Positions 38,789 to 52,552 of a stretch of DNA of 64,000 nt are shown here, in pieces. A program made the translations under genes and the position numbers. The notes beneath the pieces were generated by a model. The model had not been told where the DNA came from. It saw only the letters and a program-made list of their open reading frames with translations, and ran no database searches. Each line of letters starts with the position of its first letter. The first letter of the stretch is position 1. Source of the DNA: Octopus vulgaris (lineage: Eukaryota); assembly GCA_951406725.2 (NCBI GenBank), contig OX597820.1, positions 67,208,001 through 67,272,000 of the forward strand, in the 5' to 3' direction.

Positions 38789-39057
38789 GTGAGCATCAAA
38801 ATTGTTATTTCGCTTTGTTTGTTTTGATTTTTTACTCCGCCTTCTTTTCATTTTAAAAACGTTGAAAATAAAGATTCTTCAAGGATCCTTGTTTGGCATC
38901 AAATACAGTCAAAGTATATAGGTTCGCACCTTAGTGCAAGTATCTGAGCGAATGAACAGGCCCGTATTTGAGGCCTCTGTGTGAAGTCTCCATGTAGTTG
39001 CTCATATTATCAAATATATATTGCTCGTTGATACTTTCTTTGTATGATGATGAATAA

Positions 39058-39450
39058 ATACGAGGCGTATTCCAGAAGATTTTAGACTTTTTAAGGAGAG
39101 AGAGAGAGACATTCATTAATTTCAAAGAAGCACAAAGTTCTAATTTCCTTCAAAGTAGAATCCTCTAACTTCAATGCACTTGTAGCACACCAGCCAGTTC
39201 GTGAAGGCCCCCGGGGAAAACCTCCAAGGTGAATGTGTCCAGGACTCTTGTCACAGCCTCCATTTTCTTAATGTCTTCAAAACGACTGACCTTGAGGTTT
39301 TCCTTCAGCTTGGGTTGGGGGTGAGGAACAACCAAAACTGAGAGAGTACAAGGTCTAGACTGTAGGGAGAGTGAGGGACAGTTTTGATGCTCATATATGT
39401 CAAATACTGGATGGAATTGTGACAAGCAGTGTTTAATAGTCTGTGACAAG
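39058..39450 (-). mobile_element. Mariner remnant
   Basis: PKLKENLKVSRFEDI...KCIEVRGFYFEGN*; TACGAGG terminus. Confidence 0.7.
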
Positions 39451-39639
39451 CGGTGAGTTCAAAGTAATGTTTCAGCCGTTTCCTTCAATCTGGAATAACA
39501 AAAGTCGGCGGGTCAGCTTATTAGATATACAGAAACTATATACTATAATTACAATGATCTATGACAGTTATAATTACCTATTCTAAAATAGTCTCAAAAC
39601 TTCTGGAATGCCTCTCATAACTGTCATTATACAGAATGT

Positions 39640-39927
39640 TTTTTTTTCGCCCTTTTCAAGCCTAGCCAGGCTCATGGGCCCGGCTTCCCGGTTTCTATGG
39701 CGTATGTGTTCCCCCCATCTCGATGGGATGCCAGTCCATCGCAGCGCTAGTCAAGAAACAGGAAGAAAGAGTGAGAGAAAGTTGGGGCGAAAGAGTACAA
39801 CAGGGGTCGCCACCACCCCCTGCAGGAGCCTCGTGGAGCTTTAGGTGTTTTCGCTCAATAAACACACACAACGCCCGGTCTGGGAATCGAAACTGCGATC
39901 CTTCGACCGCGAGTCCGCTGCCCTAAC
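39640..39927 (-). mobile_element. tRNA-derived SINE, family D
   Basis: Head is the reverse complement of the 48902-49270 (+) copy. Confidence 0.75.
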
Positions 39928-40496
39928 ACAGAATGTTTACTTAACAATTTATAATGAGACGAACCAATGAGAAAGCCCACACACACTTTCGAAAAAAGAG
40001 AAAGGATGGTCACCGGTGGAATGCCTTTCATCGAACTACAATGTGGTAGTGAAACAAACATTCTTAAACACAGCTGTATCTACGCTTTTTATAAGAAGTG
40101 AAAATTTTCATATTACGAAAATACTATCATAAAAATTTCTTAACGCCCCGTAATATAGAAATATCACTGACTCTAAAAAATATTCCAAAAACTCAATCCC
40201 CGAAGCTTTAAATATTTCCTCAGAGAAAACAATAGAGCTCATTTGGAGAGGAGCGAGAGAGAAGTTACTTCATAATTGTGTTGCATAAATTACATCATCT
40301 TGTCTTATGCAAGGGAAAAAACGTAAATTTAATATTTTATATGTGCGTTTTTTTGCCTATTTTTCTTTTCTTTGTACTGAATAGAATAACTTCATTTATA
40401 AATGTATTGTAGAGTGGGCGTTGTCTGCAGTGTATCAGTATGTGGTTATGTATGTGTGGGGAAATGAGTGAGTATGAACATTTGTATAAGTGTGCT

Positions 40497-40539
<43 letters not shown>

Positions 40540-40850
40540 AAGTGTGCGTGTATATATTCGTATTTGCAATTATATAAGTGTATACCTATGTGAATGTTTG
40601 TCTCGTATTTGTTCGTGTGTGAGTTTGTTCTCATACGAATGTGTTTGTGTATATATATGTGTGTATGCGTTTTGTGTTTGCATGTATGTCTACGTGTGTA
40701 CGCGTTTCGTGTATGTGTGTGCCTGTGTATGTATAGGTGGGTGGTTGGGCGTGAGTGCGTGCGAGCGTGCGTGCGTAAGTCTATATATGTACATTACACA
40801 TTATATAATTTCAATTACAATCGATGGCTATTATTGTATTTTTCTTCCAG

Positions 40851-40952
40851 TCACATGAGATGCCACTCCACCTGGCAGCGAAAGCCAAAGACGGAGAGTT
40901 GTGTGCCGAGATGTTATTAAAGAGTGGAGCTGACCCGAATGTGAGACTGGAG
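40851..40952 (+). CDS. TRPN1: TRPN1 visible exon 9 (34 aa)
   Basis: ttccAG|SHEMPLHLAAKAKDGELCAEMLLKSGADPNVRLE|GTAAAG; 102 nt. Confidence 0.93.
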
Positions 40953-41609
40953 GTAAAGTATCAGCCAAATCTAGCCAAGGTGCCAAATGGTGGTATTAAA
41001 CCGACGACGGAATTTTTGCAGATTCTGGGGTAATGGAGTTCAGAAAGAGTAACTTAGCGGTTCGGCAAAAGAGGCCGATAGAATAAGTCCTGGGATCGGT
41101 CGAATTCTTCGACTAAAATACACTGTAAGGTGGTGCTCCAGCATGGCCGCAGTCAAATGACTGAAACAAGTAAAAGAATAAAAGAATAATAGCGAGGCGG
41201 CGAGACTGCAGAGTCGTTAGTGCGTCGAACAAAAATGCCTAATGGTATTTATTCCGGTTTTTACATTTTGAGTTCAAACACTGCGGGAGTCAACTTTGTC
41301 CTTTACTCCTTTCGAGGTTAATAAAATAAGAACCAGTTGAGCACTTGAGTCGATGTTATCGACTTACCCCTCTCTCTAAAATTGCTGACCTTGTGCCAGA
41401 ATTAGAAAGACTTAATATTCATCAATAGCTGTGTGGATTAACCAGTTCGTCTTACATCTACGACGTTGTGAGGTCAATCACAGACCCGTCAGAGGGACCT
41501 TTCATATTTTCTGGTGTTGTTTAACCGAATGACGGTTAAACAACACCGCATGGCCCAAGAATGCTTTTAGCAGAGTCTAATCTGCGACAAAGATTCGAGC
41601 TAGGCCTGT

Positions 41610-41812
41610 TATCTTTTATCTTTCATTTGTTTTAGTCATTGGACTGCGGTCATACTGGAGCACCACTCTGAAGGGTCTAGCCGAGCAAATTGACTCCGAT
41701 ACTTATTTTCAAGGCTTGGTACCTATTCTGTCAATGTCTTTAACTGAACCATACGGGAACGTAAACGAACCAACATCGGTTGCCAAGCGAGCGAGGGCGG
41801 CAGGCAAACACA

Positions 41813-41887
<75 letters not shown>

Positions 41888-42047
41888 ATATACGACAGGC
41901 TTCCACACGGTTTCCGTCAACCAAATTCACTCGCAAAGCTTTGGTTGGCCCGGGACGATAGTTGAAGACACAAGGTGACGCGCAGTGGGACTGAACCCGA
42001 AACCACATAGTTGTAAAGCGAGTTTCTTAATCACACCGCCATGCTTG
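41610..42047 (-). mobile_element. SINE family A (older copy)
   Basis: Reverse-complement match to family A. Confidence 0.85.
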
Positions 42048-42055
42048 TGTCGATC

Positions 42056-42222
42056 CACTAGCGTAGCTAAGGAGGGGAGGCAGTAGGGGCAGTCCGCCTC
42101 GAGGGCACTTTTAAAGGGGTGGCACTTTTGGGTCTGCTGTAGGCAATATGTGTTTTTGTGGGGTCCGAGGGTGGCAATTGGAAGGGCCGCACCGGCCGAC
42201 ACACACTCTAGCTACGGTAGTG
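42056..42222. mobile_element. hAT-like MITE
   Basis: TIRs CACTAGCGTAGCTA / TAGCTACGGTAGTG; degraded 8-bp flanks sharing CGATC. Confidence 0.65.
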
Positions 42223-42335
42223 CGACGATCTAAAGATAATTACTGGCGGTTTGGGGGCAAGAAAAAGCAGTGGTTGTAGCTTCTACCCTTTTTCTTGTAA
42301 TTAAACTTAACTTTTCTGATAAAAAAAAAATAATG

Positions 42336-42401
<66 letters not shown>

Positions 42402-42981
42402 CAAAAAACTGAATATCATGGTCTAAAAAAGCAAGCAAGAATAACATTCCTAGTCGTGAACTGAATCTTAATGATTGTTTGGCGACAAAAATAATTACAT
42501 TAACGATTGATTTACAGACTGATCGATACTGTTGATTTATTGGTCAACTTATCTAATTGATATTGAGACTTCTGGAAAGAAAAAAAAAAAGAAGAAGAAA
42601 AATTGTTCGAAACGTGATATATATGTGTTCCGTTAGAATGTTCGTGAAGTATATACTAGCTCTGCAACAATAATATTGGTTATTTCAGAATCAGTCTACG
42701 TTATCGATAACCGATTCTTAGATAAACTATATAAGAAACTTCCACTGAGTTACCTAGACTACTAGAAAGAACAATCAAATCTTCCTTAATTCACCCAGAT
42801 AATGAGAGTATCCATAAAGGAACTGATTCTAAAACAATATTTGCGTTTTAATTTCAAACAGAATATTTTTCTTTGTTTTTGAATATTGGCATAATGACTC
42901 TCCCTAGACACGACAGAATATTCTTCATTATCTTTGTTATTTATTTATTTATTTAAACATCTCTTTTTTTTTCAAATACAG

Positions 42982-43080
42982 AATGGTGAAACTGTTTTCC
43001 ATTTGGCTGCCCGCAGTGGACATCTCGAACTGGTCAAAACACTGCTCGAGGAAGATTGCAGTCCAACACAACAATCAAAA
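42982..43080 (+). CDS. TRPN1: TRPN1 visible exon 10 (33 aa)
   Basis: atacAG|NGETVFHLAARSGHLELVKTLLEEDCSPTQQSK|GTAAGA; 99 nt. Confidence 0.93.
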
Positions 43081-44140
43081 GTAAGAAACAAACAACCTTT
43101 TCTTCCGACTTTGTAATTCTTGTCGAAAAACACTCACTGTTTTAATAGAATTAGCAACCGTATACGATGGACTTCCGTACGGTTTTCGTCAACCTAATTC
43201 ACTCGCAAAGTTTTGGTTGACCCGAGACGATAGTAGATGACACTTGCCCAAGGTGACGTACATATAATTGTTGTTGTATGGGAAATCTGTACTCACTCGT
43301 GATTGGTTAAGTGAACTATACTAGTTAGTATACATGAGCATGCGCAGAACAGTCTGGGAAGAAGGTCATATGCGCAGTCATAGTGTACTGGTCGTAGGAA
43401 TTATTGATTAGAGATATCATGGAGTGCTTGTTGGGGAAGTAATAAGAGAACATCAGGAACGTTTAACATTATCACAGTTCAGATATAACAGTGATGACGT
43501 ACGTCATATCAGTTGTAAAGCGAGCTTCTTGACTACACAGCCAGATTTCTTTGGAGGAGAACAGTAGGTCCGATTGGCTCCCGTATTTGGCTGACCCTTT
43601 ATTTTTTCGACTCCTAAAGAGTGAAATCTGAAGTTGATCTCAGCAGAAGTTGAACTCAACCGAACATTAAGGGACGTCATTAAGTATCACTAAGCATTTT
43701 TATCCGTCGCTCTACCAATTTTGCAAACCAACACCTTTCGACAAATATTGACTATTTACACAGGCGCAATGCTATAAGTACAGTCGATAGTATCAGTCCC
43801 AGTTCTGGACTGATACACATTTTCTCTGTCCCGGAAGAATGAAAGGCAAAGTTGAAGTTAGTATAATCTGAACTCTGAACACAACGAGCTGCTAAAAACC
43901 CGCAAGTAATTTTGTCTGATGCTCTAACTATTCTGCCATGTAGAGCCGATTACTGATTCGGCTTTCGGAAAAGTCTACTAATATAATTGGCGGTACGTCT
44001 TCTATCTGTTTCTCCAGCCTCCTAGCATGCGCCATTCGTAGTAAAGGAAATTAGCTACTATGCAACTTACTTATCCTTGTCTTTCAATAAAACACCCACA
44101 ATTACCCGAATACAGCTTAGAAATTTAAATTGTAAGTTAT

Positions 44141-44185
<45 letters not shown>

Positions 44186-44399
44186 CTGTGTGTGTCCGTG
44201 TATATGTGTGTATGTGTGTGTGTGTGTGTGTTTGTGTGTGCGTGTATACATGTAATTGTCTGAGGAAGTTTCATAAGTCAGGAAAAGAGGACACTCAGTA
44301 TAAGGTGAATAGAGTGAGTATATCATTTATACAGCATAGTAAACCAAGTTCCGTTTATAGTCAAAATGATCGGGCAGTTTCATAAATAGTTATTCTTTT

Positions 44400-45830
44400 C
44401 TTGTATGGAAGCATAATTATCTATGAAGCCGTTAGGTTATCATAGGCCGTATATGGGTCTGAATTTATAATATTGCATAAATAATATATGCATGCATATA
44501 CATGTGATGCAAAAAAATATAACACGAAGACGGGATAAAAAAGGAAATAAAGTGTACTAGGTTTACGCTCAGGAAATTGGAAAAAGAACAAAGTTGTTTT
44601 ATGTTTCGAGTATACACACTTCTTCTGAAAGAAAAAATAAACAAAGAGAGAGAAAAACGGAGTGAGAAAGTGGAGGAAAAGAATGTATGTGTATACAACC
44701 GTTACGATATGCTGAGATGACCGGAAGAGTTAGAGAGTCCACTTTAGGCTTGGGTGGTAAAGGAAACAGCTGTGAACGTGGCATATGCGTGTGTGTGTGA
44801 AGCTATTGTGTCCGTATATACTGTATGTGTCTATGCCTGTACATATGTGATTACGTGTATGCATGCGTGGTGGGCTTGTTTACTGTTTGTGTGTGTGTGT
44901 GTGTAAGAGAGAGAGGTTGTTTTGTGCGTCATACTGAATAGAGAGAGATGTTAGGTGAAATAGAGGCAACTTAAGTATGTGTAGGGATTTGGGAAGTGTA
45001 GATGTGTTATATTCTTGTTACTATATGTTTGCCTATGGTATAGCGTGTGGGACTGTAACTTAGGTGTGAGTGCTAGTGCGTATGAAGTAGATATTAATCG
45101 TGTGCATGCGTATGTCTATGTATATACTGTTTAAACGTATTGGTGTGTATGGTGTCGGATAGTTTGTTAATCAGCGGGAAGTAGGTATAGGTGGTGTTTG
45201 TTAAGATGATTGTAGGAATGTAAGAGGTGATTGATGTGTGTGGAAGGGTTTGAAGAGGAAAAAGTGAGGGTAAATGAAAAGAGGTTGGGAATTTAGACCG
45301 TTAAGAACCGAAGTCTGTAGAGAAAATATCAATTCCAGCTCACGACGTTGACGTGAGCCCGAGGAGCCTCTGTACAAGGCCAGACCAAACACAGACGTCA
45401 GATGTTGAAGGAAGTGATCAGCCGAGCGAAAGTGGCATGAAACCGGAGTGTCATTACCGAGTTTTATGTCTCGTAAGTATTCGGCAAAAATAGTCAGCCG
45501 GGCGTCGACCAGTTTGTTCTACGTAAGGGAATAAGCAAAAAGAACAGAGGACGCAGTAAATGAGATTACTTGAGGTACATGTGAAGGTGTCGGTGACAAT
45601 GAAGGAGCAGTGGTAGATACCAGTGAATACGGGGGCATTATAGAGAAATGGACAAGTGCGGCAGTGTGGTCGAGAGTAAGGTAAGGGGTTATGTTGAGTG
45701 CCGAGAGGGGAGAAATAGCTACGAACCTGTAAGTCGCGTAAGTGACAGGTATGTTTGAAGGAAGGGAGAAGTGGGTTGAGAAAGATGAGGAATGTGGCGG
45801 GGATCGGATTGAAGTGTTCGGAAAGCTCGC
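44400..45830 (-). mobile_element. Penelope-like element remnant with GIY-YIG endonuclease C-terminus
   Basis: 45290-45600 minus: FTCTSSNLIYCVLC..C..PYVEQTGRR..FAEYLRDI...PVSCHF....H...RELELIFSLQT..LNGLN; left boundary approximate. Confidence 0.82.
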
Positions 45831-45833
45831 TAC

Positions 45834-45892
<59 letters not shown>

Positions 45893-47267
45893 TGTGTGTA
45901 TGTATGTATGTATTTATGTATGTATGTATATTACTGTTCTGATAATGTGAGATCAACAAAATTGTATTCCATCAAGTGAGAGACAAATACCATTTAATGT
46001 ACACTGTATTTTAATAAATTGTGTGTGTGTGTACATAGATATACATGAATATATATTTTATTACTAAATGATGAGGAGGAACGTGTGTGAAATTCAATTA
46101 ATCTCTTTAAATGCAGCTTTCGCGAACAATTAACTAACTTATTATTAATCATCTGAAAATTTTTCAGACACTCATTAGTGTTGCTAATAAACACAATATT
46201 TATGTCTGCTAAACAAAACATGTTCTATAAATATAGACATGATAAACATATTGATGCTATAATTGAAAATGTTTATTATGAAAAATGAGAACCAACACAT
46301 GACAAATACTGCGCAGCTTCAAAAGAGCAAAATACTTGTAATCAGGTATAAACTTTACATTAAATATTAGTTAATGGTTAGAGGTTGAATTTATAATATA
46401 TTTACAACAAAGCAAGACAGCAGTATGTCATTATATTAATATTGTAAATAGGAACATTAACAGAGAGTATAATCATGGGTCATAAGAGAGATAAAAAAAA
46501 GACGACATATACAGCATTATTTAGACCTATTTTCCTACGTCAACCAACATTGACTTAGTTATTTTTTCTCGGCACTTCTTCAGTTGTGGTGAAGTGTCTG
46601 CTTCACTGATAAGCTTGTTATGAAATCAAAACATGTCTACATATCTAAAATGTTTCCCAGACTTATTCAAATGACTAAAATGATATTAATCACATTACTA
46701 CTATTGTTTTCTCCCTCACTATATAATAATTTCTTGTCAAATTTTTAATGCTCCCTGCATTAAATATGAAACAACTAACTTGACTATTGTTTTTCTACGC
46801 AGATCATGTCTCTGATTTATTTATATTCTTTTCTACTCTAAGCATGAGGCCCGAAAATTTGGGGAGGGGGCTAGTCGATTAGATCGAACCCAGTACGCAA
46901 CAGGTACTTAATTTATCGACCCTGAAATGATAAGAGGCAAAGTCGACCCCGGCAGAATTTGAACTCAGAACGTAAAGACAGAGAAATACGGCTAAGCATT
47001 TCGCCCAGCGTTCTAATGCTTCAGCCAGCTCGCCGACTTATTTATATTTCTACTTGATTGTTGCTGTTGTCCACAGCGCCTCTCAAGCAACAGAGAACGG
47101 CAATGGCACAGCTAGAGAGTGTGCCGCCCAGAACAGCCGTTGAGTTTGCCTCAGTACCACCACCCCACCCCCATACAGACTTATACAGCAAAATCAAAAG
47201 TGCTGTCCCATAAAAGCACTGACAGCCCCTCAATTACGCTCTTGGAGAATGGCATGAACGTTTTGAC

Positions 47268-47484
47268 TATGGGGTACTGAAAAGTATGTGGCTTTGGGTA
47301 AAAAAAATACAGGAGAATAGTTTAATTATGATTTTACTCAACATATTCTCCTGTCTGATTCACAAACTTACTACAGCGGTTCTTCAGTTTCTGTAAGCCC
47401 TGTAAAAGAACTGGGAAGATTGGATCACCAAGCAAACCTCTCGCAACACCCTCAAAGCCAGGAAATTTTCAACATCCCCTCATA
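47268..47484. mobile_element. Mariner-derived MITE (older copy of 58833-59052)
   Basis: Same internal sequence and degraded TIRs. Confidence 0.75.
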
Positions 47485-47553
47485 AAAGTTAAAGACATCC
47501 ACTGAATTCTAAGATATTTACCTTTGTTACTGATCGTCCTTTTTCTATTATAG

Positions 47554-47682
47554 ACAGGAGACACGCCTCTACATCTAGCTGTCCGCTATTGTCATCCTAC
47601 CTTAGTTTCCGAGATACTCACGAACGTCAGCAACAAAAAATCCAGATCCGAAGCCGTCTTTCTAGTCAACTTACCACAAAAG
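47554..47682 (+). CDS. TRPN1: TRPN1 visible exon 11 (43 aa)
   Basis: ttatAG|TGDTPLHLAVRYCHPTLVSEILTNVSNKKSRSEAVFLVNLPQK|GTTTGT; 129 nt. Confidence 0.9.
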
Positions 47683-48901
47683 GTTTGTATGAAAACACAT
47701 TCGGGCAACAATTTTTTTCTTTATTTTTTAATGCAGGAAAATTCATCAACAGATGGTGATGGCCGGAACATATTTTGATTATAAATCACCTCAATCAGGA
47801 ATATGGGAACCTAATAATAACAGTAACACACACACACACAAACACACACACACATACATACATACATACATACATACATACATACATACATACATACATA
47901 CATGCATGCATACATACATACATACATACATACATACATACATACATACATACATACATACATACATACATACATACATACATACATACATACATACATG
48001 CATTTGGATATGTAACACACAATTAAGTTTCCCAAAACCAAAAAGGAGAAAGTTGATTCGAAGACTACATGACCAAGCCGTCACTGGAACTGTAGAAATC
48101 TGTAAAACTTTCCAGAAGTTAATAATTTAAGTATATATGAGCATATGCAAGTATATGCATGAGAAGACATACATAAAATAAAACGTACAAAATCTGCACA
48201 TTACATACATACATACACATACATACATACATACATACATACATACATACATACATACATACATACATACATACACACATACATACATACATACATACAT
48301 ACATACATACATACATACATACATACATACATACATACATACATACATACATACAAAAATACCTTGTTGATGTTGAAATTCCAATGAAGGAGCCTTGGAT
48401 CTAGGTTAGAAACCAGCCCTTTCTTTATTGGCAAATCTTGATCTAAAACTGAATAATGACATCCGTCCATCTATCCATCCATCCATCCATACATACATAC
48501 ATACATACATACATACATACATACATACATACATGCATACATACATACATACATACATACATACATACATACATACATACATACATACATACATACATAC
48601 ATACATACATACATACATACATACGTACATACATACCAATTCAATCACATATTTACAAACACCGGGAAATCTCTTCACTCAAAAAGTCTTGTCGCTTTGT
48701 TAGCAACCGCTTGAATATTCTTAAGAACTTAAATAAAATTCAAAGAAAAGAAACATCCATACATGTACAACACCAGCTTTGCGGACACTGATGGTTCGGA
48801 ACTTCTTACAATCCACCCTAATCTACGAGTGGAAACTTCAAATCCCTACGGCCTCCAAACTAGCTTACTTGTATCTTATACAGACTAGTTCTTTGCTGTG
48901 G

Positions 48902-49270
48902 AGGCGCAATGGCCCAGTGGTTAGGGCAGCGGACTCGCGGGTGTAGGATCGCGGTTTTGATACCCAGATCGGGCGTTGTGAGTGTTTATTGAGCTAAAAC
49001 ATCTAAAGCTCCACGAGGCTTCAGCAGGGCGGGGGCGAACCCTGCTGTACTCTTTCACCACAACTTTCCCTGACTCTTACTTCCTGTTTCTGTTGTACCT
49101 GTATTTCAAAGGGCTAGCCTTGTCTCACTCTGTGTCACGCTGAATTTCCCTGAGAACTACGTTAAGGGTACACATGTCTGTGGAGTGCTCAGCTACTCGC
49201 ACGTTAATTTCACGAGCAGGCTGTTCCGTTGATCGGATCAAATGGAACCCTCGTCGTCGCAACAGACGGA
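48902..49270 (+). mobile_element. tRNA-derived SINE, family D
   Basis: GGCGCAATGGCCCAGTGG A box and degenerate B box. Confidence 0.75.
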
Positions 49271-49754
49271 GTGCCACGAGTACTTTGCATAGTAAAAGGG
49301 TAAATACCCCCTCTTCGCTTATAAATGACCATGGGATTGCACCTAAAAAGTTCCCCTCCAAGGCACAAGTCTGAGCAAAGTTGTTTACAGAAGACCATCA
49401 GTTGCCCATACATACCAGCCTCCCCTCTCCACAACAAGGGAAAGGCAAAGGCCGATACTACTTGGCACTAGTGACGTCACACCTCATTTCTACAGCTGAG
49501 TGGACTGGAGCAATGTGAAATAGTGTCTTGCTCAAGAACACAACACACAGCCCATGTCTGGGAATCGGACTCACTAACTCATAATTGTGATCCCGACAGT
49601 CTAACCACTGAGCCATACACTTTCACTTTGCCCAGAACAGTATTAATAAGATTGTATCATTTATACTAATGTACAGGTGCCTGTGTTTCCTTTAGTTATT
49701 TAAATAAATTTTATTATTTGTTTAATTTAGAGTGTGTTCATCAAGGTGGCCACC

Positions 49755-50120
49755 CTAATTCGGAAAGCTTGCTTCCCAACCACATGGTTCCGGGATCAAT
49801 CCCACAGCGTGGTACATTGGGCAAGTGTCTTCTACTACAGCCTTAGGCCGATCAAAGCCTTGTGAGTGGATTTGGTAGGCGGAAACTGAAAGAAACCCGT
49901 CGTAAATGTGTGTGTGTGTCTTTGCGTCTGTGCTCATCCCTCCATCACCACTTGGCAACCGACGTTGGTGTGTTTACGTTCTCGTAACTTAACAGTTCGG
50001 CAAAAAAATCGATAAAATAAGTACTAAGGGGGGGTCGATTCATTCGGCTAAAAAAAGAAATTCAAGGCGATGTCTCAGCATGGCCATAGACCAATGACTG
50101 AAAAAAGTAAAAGGAAAAAA
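49755..50120 (+). mobile_element. SINE family A
   Basis: Match to family A; ends ~165 nt before exon 12. Confidence 0.88.
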
Positions 50121-50283
50121 GATTTTTTAATCCGGAAAAGCTTCCGAACTAACAGTTCCGGAAAACCGATGTTGCACATGGATGCTCACACACATACGCG
50201 CATGCGCACACTAATACACACAAACACATTCACGCGTAATTTGTGTTGTACTCACTAAACTGTTTCAAGTTATTTTGTTGAAG

Positions 50284-50412
50284 GAAGGAGAAACCCCGAT
50301 GCATTACGCCACTGACCTTATTCCGGACAAGATCCGATCGGAATTTGACGATACTGACGTCATAAAAACACTGCTTGAATTCGGCGGGGACATCAGCTGC
50401 ACCACCAAATTG
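50284..50412 (+). CDS. TRPN1: TRPN1 visible exon 12 (43 aa)
   Basis: ttgaAG|EGETPMHYATDLIPDKIRSEFDDTDVIKTLLEFGGDISCTTKL|GTAGGT; 129 nt; weak AAG acceptor. Confidence 0.88.
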
Positions 50413-51811
50413 GTAGGTTGGAATTTATATGTTTATATATGTATGTGTGCGTGTGTTTGCATGTGTGTGTGAGTTTGTGTGTGTATGTGTGTGTGTGTGA
50501 GAGAGAGAGTGTGTGTGTGTATGTGTGTGTGAGGGAGAGAGAAAGGAGAGAGAGTGTTTATGGGAAAAGGAGAGTGAGAAAAGAGAAAATGTGTGTCTGC
50601 TTGTGTGCGTGTGCGTGTGCGTGTGTGTGTATGTGTGTGTGTGTGTGTGTGTGTGCGTGCGAGTGTGAGAGAGTAAGAGAGTGTGTGTATGTGTGTGTGA
50701 GAGAGAGAGAGAAAGGAGAGAGTGTGTGTGTTTATGGGAAAAGGAGTGAGAGAAAAGAGAAAATGTGTGTCTGCTTGAGTGCGTGTGTATGTGTGTGTGT
50801 GTGTGTGCGAGTGTGAGAGAATAAGAGAGTGTGTGTATATGTGTATGAGGGAGAAAGAGAAGAGAGAGAGCGTGTGTATATGTGAGAGGGAGAGAGAGAA
50901 AAGAGAAAATGTGTATATGTGAGAAGGAATGAGAGAAAATGTGTGTATGCGTGTGTGTGTGTGCGCGTGTGTGTGTGTGTGCATGCGTGTGTTTGTGTGT
51001 GTGCGAGTGTATGTGGGAGAGTAAGAGGGTGCGCATGTGTGCATGAGGGAGAGAGAGAAGATGGAGTACATGTAATATGTGAGCGGAAGAAAAGAGAAAA
51101 TGTGTGTATGCTTGTGTGTATGTGTGTGCGTGTGTGTGTGCGTGTGTTTGCGTGTGTGTTTGTGTGTATGTGTGTCAAGGAAAGAGAGGGGCGAGCGTGT
51201 GTGCATGTGGCAGAAAGAGCAGAGAAATGTGCGCGCGTGTGTGTGTGCGCGCATGCGTGCGTGCGTGCATGCGTGTGTGTGTGTGTGTACAAATGTATAA
51301 TTCTTGTAGGTCATCATGGCGCGTAGTTGCTAAACAGTTACACCATGACGGGTTCATCTGTCCTTTTGGCAGGTCTTGTTTCAATCCCGATGGATTTCAA
51401 GCAACTTGCTGTTTTTGTAAGTATCATTTCATCAGAAAAATCTCGGAACTGGTCCTCTAGTAATAATAAATAAATATATAAAATTTTGAAAATCTTAAAG
51501 TTAAAAAAAAAAAGTGCTACAGTTGAAATAATTTCCGGTCATCTTGTTATTGCTTGTCACTTGATATATTGGCATGTATTCGTATAAGCGTAAGCCACAA
51601 AAATCCAATGGTGTCGATATGTCTTGTTGCCTCGTCTTAATGAATATTTCGAGGATTATTATCTTCAATGATGCCTGTATGTATCTTATCCATCTACCTG
51701 TCAGTTCGTCTGTCTGTCTGTTTTTCTGTCTGTCTTTCTGTTTATCAATCTGTCTATCTGTCTATCTACCTGTCTATCTATTTATCTATCTATCTTTGTA
51801 TCTATCTATCA

Positions 51812-51907
<96 letters not shown>

Positions 51908-52435
51908 GATCGTTGTCCTTCTTTCTTTCTTTCGCCCCCCTCCCTTCGAAAAGAAAATCTCTACATTGTAATTGTCCCCTCTGTGCCTAACCCTGTGTGG
52001 CCAATAAAGAAAGCTATCTATTTATCTATCTATCTATCTATCAATCAATCAATATATCTATCTGTCTCTTTATCTATCAATCTCTTTATCTATTTATCTA
52101 TCAATCTTTTTATTTATCAATCAATCTATTTATCTATCGATCAATCTCTTTATCTATTTATCTGTCTATCTCTTTATCCATTTATCTATATATCTATTAT
52201 CTATCTATCTGTCTATCACCCAGTCTATCAATATATCCGTCAATCTATCTATCTTGCTAGCTATCTATCTGTCTGTTTGTCTGTCTATCTATTTATCTAT
52301 CAAGCATGCTCCAGGTAGCTACCTAATCATGTATGTGTGTAGTATGTGTGTTCATGTTGGCTATGTCCATCGTGCCTTACAAAATGTTACCCGTGATGCA
52401 TCAGCCATTTTATAATGTCTCTTCCAATATTACAG

Positions 52436-52552
52436 ACACGTGAGACACCATTCCATTATGCTGCGCGTTCCGGTAACAGTAATGTGCTTCTGGAAATAAC
52501 GAAAAGTAAATCTCCGTCAGATATACGTGCCATTGTCAATAAACAGTCAATA
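52436..52552 (+). CDS. TRPN1: TRPN1 visible exon 13 (39 aa)
   Basis: ttacAG|TRETPFHYAARSGNSNVLLEITKSKSPSDIRAIVNKQSI|GTAGGT; 117 nt. Confidence 0.9.
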
